Below are positions 25,020-36,481 of a stretch of 64,000 nt of DNA, piece by piece. Source of the DNA: Octopus sinensis (Eukaryota); NCBI RefSeq assembly GCF_006345805.1, contig NC_043014.1, positions 20,832,001 through 20,896,000 on the forward strand. The letters are read 5' to 3'. The translations under genes were made by a program, and so were the position numbers. Positions within the stretch are counted from its first letter, which is position 1. Every line of letters begins with the position of its first letter. The notes under the pieces were generated by a model that searched no databases, was not told the DNA's origin, and saw only the letters and a list, made by a program, of their open reading frames with translations.

Positions 25020-26039
25020 AGAAAAGTCATGTACTGTTGTTAGCAGCCAAACGGATGTGAACATTTTAATCAAAATCAATGGAGCAGTGAATATTCATGG
25101 ACAACTGCTTCGAAAACTTTAAATTGTTTAGTCAGGTTATACATTTACATATGTACCTATAATTATACACTGGTGCTCTTGGTTACGTTGCTAAGTTCTT
25201 AGAAATTGGAAAGCTGGGATTTGTTGAAAATTATATATTAGCGTCAGACGCAGTTACCGAGAGATAATATTTATCCCCACTTAAAAGTAGACATTCTGTT
25301 AGAAAAAACTATATTGTGGTAGACACCACGAGAGAAACTCTCGTATGGGTTTTTGGTACCAGATAAATCCCCGCCATCTTCAGCGCCGAGACACCCAGAT
25401 CACGGGATTTCGACCTTCTTTAGTCTTGTCAATGATGGACACTCGACCCTTAGAGACAGCAGTGATTCATCTTCCCTCCAGCGATATATAGAAAATCATC
25501 GTCAAGACAGGCACTGGTGTCGCGAATAATCAGTGAGCTTGTTAAAATGTATATATGTTAGTGACAGACACAGCATTAATACCGAGAGGTAATATTTATG
25601 CCAACTTAAACAAGGATGTTCCGTGAGAACAAACTATGGTATTTACAGCATTATAGTTTGTTCTAGCAGAACATCCAATTTTAAGTGGTGGGGAAAAATA
25701 TCACCTCTTGTTGAGAATTGTTGAAAAGCTATAATTTTCAGAGAAAAGTAAATGCCATCTAACATATATTCCACAAATTGAGTCAAGTAGAACAGTAAAA
25801 GTATGCAAGACATTTTTGAAATTTAGCCTGTAATGCAGGCTAAATGTTGTTTGGTGTTCGTTAATTCTAATAATGGTGTTGTTTCTTAGTTACGAACAAA
25901 TAGCTTCTTTGAGAAAAATTCAAAGGATTTTAAAAGAGAGTGAGGGAGATACAGGAAAGAGAGAGGGGAGAGAGAGAACATGTGTAAGAGAACTGAGGAT
26001 ATTCTTCATGTTAACAAAAATTTTCTTTGAATCTTTTTA

Positions 26040-26108
26040 GTTGTGCGGCCCGCCAGATGATGAATCATGACTCATGCGGCCCACACTTCCGGAAAGGTTG
26101 CCCATGCC
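26040..26108. mobile_element. hAT terminal fragment
   Basis: GCGGCCCAC...AAGGTTGCCCATGCCT followed by ATCTAAAA. This is the reverse complement of a CAGGCATGGGCAACC-type TIR with an NTCTARAN-like flank. Confidence 0.45.
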
Positions 26109-26289
26109 TCATCTAAAAGGCTACGATTCGTCTTTTTACTTGTTATTTTTATTCTTATGCAGCTTCAGTTAGCACTGCTCAGGCACTGCTATGAAGCATC
26201 TAAATGCGAACTGTATATCCAGCATTCCGGATATCTTATGTTGTTGTTGTTGTTGATATGTAGTCATAGGCAACGATGATAAGTAGTCA

Positions 26290-26988
26290 TAGTCAGACCT
26301 GCTGAAACAGACCCACACTACATAGCAGTCGTCTTGCGCCTACAGAGTATCTCAACAGGCATGATAGAGCAGCACAATATATTCACTGGGTAATTTGTAA
26401 AAAGCATGGACCTGCCTCATGATAAAAACTGGTGGGAACACAACCCACCTCCAGTGCTTGAAACTTCACCATTCAAATTAACAGAAAGATAAATGCAAAT
26501 AGGCCAGACATCCTTTTGAAAGACTTCAGACAAAAATCATGCCGCCTCATTGATATGATTGTCCCAATCGATATAAGTGTATCTGACAACACCTACCAAA
26601 AACTGGGCAAGTATAAAGATCTTGAAATAGAAATTGGCACAATGTAGAACCTCAAGACTAAAACAATACCTGTTGTCATAGGTGCCCTAGGAATGAGCAA
26701 AAGGAGCTGATTGCTACCTAGCTCAGATACCAAGAAACTCCAAAAAGATAGTGCTCATGGGAACTGCCCATATCCTACGTAAAATACTATCACTACAAAC
26801 TCAAATCTTTAGACAAACTCATAATTTTCTTATGTCTTCTTAAACATTCTCTAGAACAATACTATGTACAAAACCAACTATATGACACCCTAGGCATAAC
26901 ATCAACATGAACTTCTAACTTGTCGTCTCTTGGGGTCTCTGGGTAGGACTTGGAGCCAACTTGTACAACTATAAAGCAAAAGTCAAAC
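26290..26988 (+). mobile_element. R4/Dong-clade LINE 3' fragment with (TAA)n tail
   Basis: APTEYLNRHDRAAQYIHWVICK, WWEHNPPPVLE, QKLGKYKDLEIEI, TIPVVIGALGM and KIVLMGTAHILRKILS, then a 3' UTR and (TAA)n from about 26990. Confidence 0.85.
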
Positions 26989-27078
<90 letters not shown>

Positions 27079-27083
27079 TAATA

Positions 27084-27118
<35 letters not shown>

Positions 27119-27175
27119 TTTTCGTTTTGGGATTTGGTTTGGAAGATTCTTTATATGAGTTCGTGTGTTGAAGCA

Positions 27176-27439
27176 TATTCTGTTCTGTCTGGGGAGAGTC
27201 ATTTTCTTTTTGTGCCTATAAATGTAACACACTCACCGGTAAAACTTCCACTTCTTTTTTTCTTATTTTTATTTTCCTAAAATTTTCGTTGCGTCTTGCA
27301 ACTATTGAAAAGGTTGCAAGATGCAACGAGAGTTTTAGGAAAATAAAAATAAGAAAAAAAGAAGTGGAAATTTTACCGGTGAGTGTGTTACATTTATAGG
27401 CACAAAAAGAAAATGACTCTCCCCAGACAGAACAGAATA
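27176..27439. repeat. Near-perfect palindrome, 127-bp arms, 10-nt loop
   Basis: 27176-27302 is the reverse complement of 27313-27439 with about 4 mismatches. The loop is TATTGAAAAG. Confidence 0.95.
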
Positions 27440-27463
27440 ATAATAATAATAACAACAACAATG

Positions 27464-27526
<63 letters not shown>

Positions 27527-28016
27527 GAGTACCGATGGTATGAAGATTCAGAAGAGATGGCCTATAGATGACCTATATGAAAACGAAACCTACCATCATT
27601 AAAAAGAAACCATACGTAATCGGCAATGTAAAACAAGAAAACGGAACAACATTTTATGTTAACGTAATTTTTATTAACTTTGGATATGGCGTATTTCTTG
27701 ACTATTATAGTCAGTGCCATGGAGAAGAGAGTCTCTTGAATTATGGAAGCATAATTTCAATGATTATAGTTTGAAACAATGATATTGTTTGCTAGAAGAT
27801 AATATAAAATAAAATAAAGATATTAAAACGATGGCAGACGATACAAGTTAAGCATCCAGTGGTATAAGAAACCAGTATGGTGCTGAACTTCCCGAGTGAA
27901 TATAAATGGAAGGAAAAGTAGATAATGAAAGTCAGACAAGACGTTAGGAAAGATACCTTATCCCCAGCCTCGCATCTTGACACTGTTCCTGTGTTCGTCT
28001 TCTTTCGATGTTGTTA

Positions 28017-28580
28017 TTATTTTTTATCTTCTTCTTCCTCCTCTTCTTGAATGGTCGGTAAACTACTCATGTAAAAATATCTGTTATATAGTCTCATTCC
28101 ATTGTAAAAACCATCTCTGTTTTTGTGTTTTAAACGTCTGGACTTTACATTTTCACAACTGACAATTTTTAAAATCTTCTTCTTCAAGCTGTCATCATAT
28201 TCAACAGGACCACCACCGCTTACAGCAACCCCAACAGTGGCAGCAGCACCAACTTTCACTTGTAATATATTTTCACCAGAACCTTCCATGATGGGCTTCA
28301 TTTGTTTCCTATCCTCTCCATCAGTTGATGTTGATGTAGTCGATGGTGGTGATGTTGATAATGATGACATTTGATCTGTGAAGTAGGGAAAGTTGAGCTG
28401 ATCTTGTTGTTGTTCCTGTTGTTTTAATTGCTGTAGTTGTTGTAAAAGAAGTTCACCGATAGTAATAGGAATGTCACCGGCAGACTGATTCTCTATCGAA
28501 ATTTTGGACTTAACTCCTGGCTCGTTCTGCTCACTGTCTAGTTCTAACGCTAAAGAAAGCAGTTTCAATTTTGAATACAT
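28017..28580 (-). CDS. Candidate intronless orphan protein, 187 aa, with Q-rich segment and C-terminal LxxIxE motif
   Basis: ATG with an in-frame stop 5 codons upstream; non-microsatellite sequence; no TE motif recognised; ends SSLPTIQEEEEEEDKK; AATAAA at 27675-27670, about 340 nt past the stop. Confidence 0.5.
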   Translation of the reverse strand: MYSKLKLLSLALELDSEQNEPGVKSKISIENQSAGDIPITIGELLLQQLQQLKQQEQQQDQLNFPYFTDQMSSLSTSPPSTTSTSTDGEDRKQMKPIMEGSGENILQVKVGAAATVGVAVSGGGPVEYDDSLKKKILKIVSCENVKSRRLKHKNRDGFYNGMRLYNRYFYMSSLPTIQEEEEEEDKK

Positions 28581-29034
28581 CCTTTCGTTTAAATGTTATT
28601 TAGTGTTTCATTTTTCAAATTTCCGAAAGAAACATTTACGGAAAATAAATAATCTAGAAGTAGAAATATTACAACGGTAACAACATCCCGACACCTATAA
28701 TACTAACAAAATGCTGATTAAAAAAATAGTGACAATAAAAACTATATCAGAAATTCTGATAATTCTGAATGGAGATATGACAACGAAATTGTTCAAAATG
28801 TTGAGAGAAGCGTGTGTTTGTCTGTGTGTATGTGTGTATACACGCACACACATACACACGCACACACATACACACGCACACACATACACACACACGCACG
28901 CACGCACACACATGCATGTGTCCATATACGTGCGTGCGTGCGTGTGTGTGTGTGTGTGTGACGTTCTCGGATTTGTGACGTCATATGGAACTACGAAATT
29001 GTCACAATCAAAGAGACATTCTAACTTCATGTTT

Positions 29035-29255
29035 GTCTTTGTGCCTATTTGATCCCCCACCACCGCTTGACAAACAACCGGTTCTGATGTGTTTACATCC
29101 TCGTAGCTTAGCGGTTCAGCAAGAGACACCAATAGAATAAGTACCAGGCTATAAGAAAAACGTACTGAAGTTGATTCATTCGATTAAAACCTCTTCAAGA
29201 CGGTGCCTCAGCATGGCTGCAGTCTAATGACTGAAACAAGTAAAAGATAAAGGAA
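29035..29255 (+). mobile_element. SINE family A, 3' half
   Basis: CCGCTTGACAA...GGTGCCTCAGCATGGCTGCAGTCTAATGACTGAAACAAGTAAAAG. Confidence 0.8.
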
Positions 29256-30674
29256 AATGACTAGCGATCTATCCAGGGGAAGTAGAGAGGAATTTATCTC
29301 ACATTTGTGTAACACTGCTGAAACTTGGAGGTTAAGAATTTTAATGGGGGTTCTTTCTGTCTTTACAAACCCCAACAAAAATAATGTAAATAATGAAAAA
29401 TTCTAATCACGACATATTTATCCCATACTACTCATCTTTATGCCCAGATACCAAAATCAAAATCATGTAAAACCCATTCAAACGTTTTTGCTCCTGAAAA
29501 ATGGAAGACATGGAGCACATGAAACTCTAACATGTGGGAGTTAAGGCCCCTATTAGGGAGCTGTTAAAGTCAACCAAAGAAGTTGAATCGTTGGGAATCG
29601 TTTTTAACTTGTGTCATATATCTATTGTTCAAATTTCTTTGAAGTCGGAAATATATGAATGTTCAGTGGGTTTGTAAAAGAGAGCAAAGCTAGAGGAAAC
29701 CAAAAGACGAATGATTACAATAAGCAGTCAGTTACCCTACCCTAGCCGTTACCACTCCCCAATGTAGGATTCCTCGCCATACAGGTTACCGGCACAGCCG
29801 TAAAATGCAATACAGATCTATACTGGAAGGCGTGACCCAACTCAAATAAACATTAACAACTGTGTGATGTGAGGGCTAAGGGGAAATGAAAGTGTCATCT
29901 CTGGAGTTTGTCAATGATCACTATGCCGATAAGAAGCTGAACAGAATAAATTTGCAATCTATAAATCTCTTTGAATGACCAATCATTTATCTGGAAAGGC
30001 CTTGAAATCGATGTTACCATCTGGGGACTATCTCTGACGCAGTGATAATAAAAAACCTCAAAGGAGGTCTGCAACCAAATAATTTTACTCAAACTAACAC
30101 TTTGCAATTGAATCAGTACAGGCAAAGATGTCTGTCCTTTACTCGACAATTTATGCACCGCATTGCAGAAATCACGATCTAAATATATCTCAAAGCAAAC
30201 ATTGAATTACAAATAACGCTTGTTTTGTATGCTCGGGTGACTCTACAGCATCCACGACTACAACTGTATTCGTCTTGGCTTAGGAAAAATGACTAAATTG
30301 TGGAAATTAAGCCCCCATTAAGGGGTCTTACTAACTACCTAAGAAGTTGAAATTTTAGGAATATTACTTCATTTGTGTCTAATATCTATGGTTAAAATTT
30401 CATCAACAGCAACAATATATTAATTTTCATGGGGGTTATGGCCTCATTTATGGCCCTCACTTTCAAACATATACTGCATTACATCCGACCTTATGCATAG
30501 AATATAATTTCCAAATTTCATAAATATCCATTAAGTACTTTTGACTTTGTTTTGGATCATAAAAAAATGACTAAAATTTGGGAATTAAGACCCCAATTAG
30601 GAGCTCTTAGAATCCTCATGAGAAGCGGAAATTTTGGGAATACTTCTTGATTTTTGTCGATTGCCTATGGTTGA

Positions 30675-30990
30675 ACTTAATTTATCGACCCCGAAAGGAT
30701 GAAAGGCAAAGTGGACCTCGGCGGAATTTGAACTCAGAACGTAGCAGCAGACGAAATACCTATTTCTTTACTACCCACAAGGAGTACTTATTTAAACGCA
30801 GAGAGAACAAACAAGGACAGACAAACGGATTAAGTCGATTACATCGACCCCAGTGCGTAACTGGTACTTAATTCATCGACCCCGAAAGGATGAAAGGCAA
30901 AGTGGACCTCGTTGAAATTTGAACTCAAAACGTAACGGTAGACGAAATACAGCTACGCATTTCGCCCGGCGTGCTAACGATTCTGCCAGC
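30675..30990 (-). mobile_element. SINE family B, partial copy plus full copy in tandem
   Basis: ATCGACCCCGAAAGGATGAAAGGCAAAGTGGACCTCG occurs twice. The full copy has the AAAGAAATA tail at 30761-30770. Confidence 0.85.
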
Positions 30991-31879
30991 TTATGATTCA
31001 ACAGTATTAAAGACGTCCGACACTTTAGGACGGTACGGTAAACTGATACTGATCAAGTGTCAACAAAACTTAAAGCTACAACGAAACCGATCGGTTCGAT
31101 CATCAACGCCAAGCTGCCAAAAACAGCCTCATGAAACTTAATTCAACAAGACAAGACACATACGATAATGACGCCATCTCCTTATTTATCTATCTATTTA
31201 TTTATTTATTTATTTATTTATTCATCCATTCATTTATTTACTTACTTAACTGATTAGTTAGTTTGTTAGTATGCCTCATAGTATCTGTTCCGAGTCTCTG
31301 CTCTCCGAATTCAGATTCCGCCTCTCATTCTTTCGAAGTCGATATAAATGTATCAATCCAGGCTGGTCAGAAATCTTGCTAAGACGAGATGACTGACGAT
31401 ATTTTTACTAGCTCTGCGTTTTAACAGCAATGCTAAACGTTAGTGATTCCAATAGGAATTCGTGTAAATTGGTCCGAACGACGACTTTGTTCAAATGCAG
31501 TGTAAGTTACTTTTCTTTTATCTTCACTTCATCGTAAGCACTTTGTAGGTCCAGTAAACTGAAGATCTTACATTGTAACATTTCCCCGACCATCTCCTCA
31601 ATGTTTAGTAAAGGATAGGCATCTAGCAACGTATAACGATTTATTGTTTGTGAATAATCGACGATTATAGGTTTCTAATGTTCATCGCAAGATAACAACA
31701 CCTAAGCGTTCCAAAGAGACTTATATGGCTCAATAATACCCTCCTTTAACAAATATATTACCTTAGAATTTATAAATTTCTGGTCATCCCGAGAGTATTG
31801 TCTAGATTTTGCAACCACTGGTTTACAGTCAGTTGTGAGATTATCAAACAGAAAAGGACAGAATCAGTTGCGAGACTAC

Positions 31880-32640
31880 TATCAAATTAGGTTTAGTTCC
31901 ATTAAACAGAATCTCGTAGCCAATTTAAGTTTTTCTAGGTGGAACTTCTGTTGTCTCATCTCTATTCTCAGCTTGTTCTTTTTCTAATGGCTTCAGCACC
32001 TCGTTAGATTAACTTTTTCTCTGGAACACTAGCAACTCAATCACATCATCTTCTATGACTTCTTCAAATCCTACGTCATTTGCAAGTCTGGTCATATACA
32101 GTCTGGTCATATACTTTTCCAAGTACTATTCAAAGTTGAAGGATTCACTTCATCCTATAACTCAGCTTATATTATCCATAGCATCTATTATATTGAATCT
32201 CTCCCATAAATCTCTAGCTGTAGGTTTATCTTCCCATCAACTGTCTTCATAAGTTGTTAGAAAGTTCTTCCTATACAATATACCTTTGAAGTTCTTCTCA
32301 TATATTATGCCTTTCAAACCAGCTTTTACTGACAAAAATACGTTTTTCATCAGAAGTTTCACCTTCCTTTTTCGGCAAATTGCCACATAAATTTTTGGTT
32401 CTTTTTTTAATTACCGTAGCGTTTATTGACACATTACACCGATTCTGATTCTCGATCCATTCACTCAAAAGTCGCTCTATTTTAATCATAACATTAGATC
32501 AATGGGGAAATCAATCCGGACAGTTAACGGAGTAGCTTCTTGAACACATAACATATTTTTCCTTCAGTTGTCATAGTGTTCCCACTGTGAAACGTTGCAA
32601 GATTTAATGCTTTGGCAAACTTAATTTTACTTCCGCATCA
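31880..32640 (-). mobile_element. Tigger/pogo transposase remnant (CENP-B-type HTH)
   Basis: MIKIERLLSEWIENQNRCNVSINATVIKKR...VSKSWFERHNI, and downstream LANDVGFEEVIEDDVIELL. Confidence 0.7.
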
Positions 32641-32850
32641 AAATCTTTTTAAAACATCAAGTTTAATATTCAATGTAATCCTTTTAAACTGAGGACAAAT
32701 CTATCAGTAAAGCTGATGAATTATCCACAATTGAAATATGTAATAAAAAAAAAGCCAGCCCAACAAAGGTTTAACTTTTCAGAGGAGAAAATAGTCTTTG
32801 TTCCTATAGATGTAAAAATGAAAATGAGATGGAAAAGTGAAAGACTGAGG

Positions 32851-32894
<44 letters not shown>

Positions 32895-33304
32895 CGCACA
32901 CACTCTAGCACACACGTGTTAGAGTGCATGCTGGTATCTTGTTGTCGGTTGGATTAAAAAATAGGTGGGTCGATAGTGAGGATGATGTGGGTTGCATTGA
33001 TTAAGATGTTAGTGACGGTGGGTGGATATTGTTGGTGGTGTAGTGATCATACTGTTCTTGCGAATTGTTTTGTTGTGGCTGCTTAATCTGAAGTCAGTCC
33101 TTGTAGACCTAAGATCGAAGACATTGCAATTCAACTTTTAAAATACTCTAGGATACCACATCATATGGTTTTATTTGAAACGGATTTGCGTATCTACTTC
33201 ATACTGTATATTACTATTGCTCTTGGTGGTTGTACTGGTATGGATGATAGAAACACGCACACATTGATACATACATACATATGTGTGTGTGTGTGCGCGC
33301 GCGC

Positions 33305-33357
<53 letters not shown>

Positions 33358-33358
33358 T

Positions 33359-33606
33359 GGAGGCGCGTGGCTTAGTGGTTGGGGTGTCAGCATCATAAAC
33401 GTAAGATTGTGTTTTCGATTCCTGGACCGGGCGACGCGTTGTGTTCTTGAGCAAAACACTTCATTTCACGTTGCTCCAGTTCACTCAGCTGGCAAAAATG
33501 AGTAACGCTGCGATGGATTGGCGTCCCGTCCAGCTGGGGAACACATACGCCGTTGAAACCGGGAAATCGGGCCCATGAGCCTGACTAGGCTTTAAAAGGG
33601 TGCATT

Positions 33607-33614
<8 letters not shown>
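33359..33614 (+). mobile_element. SINE family C, full length
   Basis: GGAGGCGCGTGGCTTAGTGGTT (A box), TTCGATTCCTGGACC (B box), GTTGTGTTCTTGAGCAAAACACTT core, and the tail GGCTTTAAAAGGGTGCATTTATTT. Confidence 0.85.
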
Positions 33615-33653
<39 letters not shown>

Positions 33654-33656
<3 letters not shown>

Positions 33657-34440
33657 TACAAAATTAGAAAATGGAGAAACATACTTAAATCAATAAAACA
33701 TCAACTAACAGATGATACCCAATCAATACTTTATTACACCATTACATATCATAGGTTAAATGAGGTATGACTACCCTTACTGCTGAAACAGCTGTCAGAT
33801 ATGATATAATCACATATTTTATTTTATATTTTATATTTCTATTTCCTTGTCTATTTATATTTACTATATATTTTGTATAATGCCTTTACTGATATGTAAT
33901 GGTGTAATAAAGTATTGATTGGGTATCGTCTGTTAGTTGATGTTTTATTGATTTAAGTATGTTTCTCCATTTTCTAATTTTGTAGTATTAATTTACGGTA
34001 ATATTATTACCTTTGCCCATATAATACAATAGATGAACTAATTGCTTGGCAATTTTTAACATCTATGTATTAGTCTTGTTGGGTACCTATCTAGCAGTAT
34101 ATTGGATATATGTTATCCCATGGTGGGTTGAATTTTTCAACCCCTATCTCATTTTATAATATATATATATATATATAAAATAAATGCACCCTTTTAAAGC
34201 CTAGCCAGGCTCATGGGTCCGATTTCTCGGTTTCAATATATATATATATATATATATTTATTATATAGAAGGAGCTTCTACAGGACTAGAACTGTTTCAT
34301 TCAAGAGAAATCTTCAAAGATTTCTCTTGAATGAAACAGTTCTAGTCCTGTAGAAGCTCCTTCTATATAATAAATTAATTTTACTCTACTATGTATTGAG
34401 TACCTTATTTACTGTGGTTAACCCCGAATCAACCCGGGAC
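33654..34440. repeat. Fold-back complex: 98-bp inverted repeat, inverted SINE tail and 120-bp perfect palindrome (Penelope-like termini suspected)
   Basis: 33654-33751 pairs with 33890-33987 (1 mismatch). 34175-34236 is the reverse complement of 33553-33614. 34256-34375 is a perfect palindrome with a 2-nt loop. Confidence 0.85.
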
Positions 34441-34441
34441 C

Positions 34442-34513
<72 letters not shown>

Positions 34514-36450
34514 TCACATTATGTTAATTTTATATACGTGTGTAACGTAATGATAGTTTCTCAAATCGTTAACCATATACTTTGATCTCAAAACGCAAGT
34601 GGTCATTGTGCTAAGAAGAAAGAGTAGTTTTAAATTGTTAACAACTGAAAACTACACAAGTTTCTATAAAAGCGAAATTACGGACCGTATCCCGAAATTA
34701 AGGCCACACTTTACAACTTCCGTAAGCGCGAAATCCCGTAATCTGAGGTGACCGTAACGCGGGGAATTCCTGTATGTACTTGCTCATGGGCGGTCTGTTG
34801 ATCTAGGATTGTTTTCAAGTAAATGTTACCTTAAGAGTAACGATAAACGACAATAAAAAACGTCCCTTATACGGCCATTCCTGTACTGCACAGCAGTTAA
34901 TTACTTTAAAGGTACATTCCTTTGCTAAAAGCTTCAATGTCTGCAAATATCGGTCTAGTAATTCATTAAACTCCAGCCAAAACATGATGCGCATATGCTC
35001 CCTTCTTGGTTTCACACATAGCCGGTAGTACATTTAGAGCAGCATTTTATATAGACACATTAATAATATATTTAGATACTTTTGGTGATGCATAATTGAT
35101 GAAATAGATTTAGTTTATTGATATCTTGTCCTTAGAAGTGTAGCACTACAATAAAGTTTTGAAACATTTTCTATCAGTGTGGCCACTCCTAAACAACATG
35201 TGTGTAATAAGGGTGCATCCAAAGGTTATGAGCAGAGGAACTTTTCCATGAAGAAATGGTGAATAAATTAACATACTTTAAGACTAATTTACCTTTCTCG
35301 TGTTTTATTCGCCAATAAACGAAACTAATAGTGCATGTTACAAACCGGAAGAGGTTTGTAATGGCAAACACACAAGGGAGACTACTTAGTTCTATAACGG
35401 ATTATAGTTCAAGTATTAGTATCTTGGTTAGCCTTAAACCTCTTGTTGGGTTGTTCACTACTAGTGTTAAGTACAAAAGTACAAGAACAGTAAACACTTC
35501 CAAAAACCACACGACCCAGTAACAGCGCTCTTAGTTGGTCAGTCAACTTGCTCAGAATAGCAGGTTGGTCTCCTTCAAATCATACTATAATGTCTTATTA
35601 AAAAAAAAGGGGGTAGGTCACATTGAAAAATATTTCTAGGGTGCACCATGCCTCAAGTGGAGGCTAGAAATCGTTTGATCTCTGGTCTGCTGGATCGCGA
35701 CAGGCTTGGAGTTAAACAATCGACGAAATATTTATACCGAACGGTATGCGATTCAATCCTGCGTACCACTAAATAGAGGAATGGTAAATCTGGAATATTT
35801 GATCTTTGAATTTCACCTGGTCGTTCAACTAGGGGCTTGTTAGATCAGAGGTGACACGAGGAATGCAAAATAACAATCAGCTCTTCTATTCTATTCTTGA
35901 AAATGGTTTCGTCTAATTTTTCTCAAATGAGGTAGCTACAAACAAGTACCAGATTTGGGATTGGTAAGGTCCTTCGTGCTAAAAGAAAATTAAACCATAA
36001 AACCTCATAAAAATTTAAAATACATGTCCCATTTAATTATTTTGAGACCTCACTACCACTGGTAGAATTTTTACTAGTGCAATAGCAAACCAAAATATGG
36101 TAGGATTTCTTAAAGGGTTCCGACATTGGTAGGTCTTTTCCTACAAATGTTAAAACCTACGAGTGCTTGTTATGTGCGAGCTTTTAATTGATTAAGCTCT
36201 ACGAAAAACTGTGAGCCTCATACATTCACTACAGTTAACATTCAGCGTAAAAGCCTGTACGCAATCACACGACTAACAAAAATAGCAACCAAATCTCCCT
36301 CAAATCCCATCCTGTCTTAGAAAAGAACACATGGATAACGTGGTTCTGGGGCTCTTGCACTTAAGGAGAAAAAGACGAGATGGTCACAGCTGGAATGATT
36401 TTGAGCATAAGTCTGCTCCATCAGAACAACCTCAGGCTTGACAAAAACAC

Positions 36451-36481
<31 letters not shown>

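Noticed and set aside
24431-25122. 182-199-aa ORFs
   Set aside because: Compound microsatellite translations.
33359-33440. tRNA-like sequences here and at 16021, 49360 and similar sites
   Set aside because: Only A/B boxes of SINE heads; no complete cloverleaf, and each continues into a SINE body.
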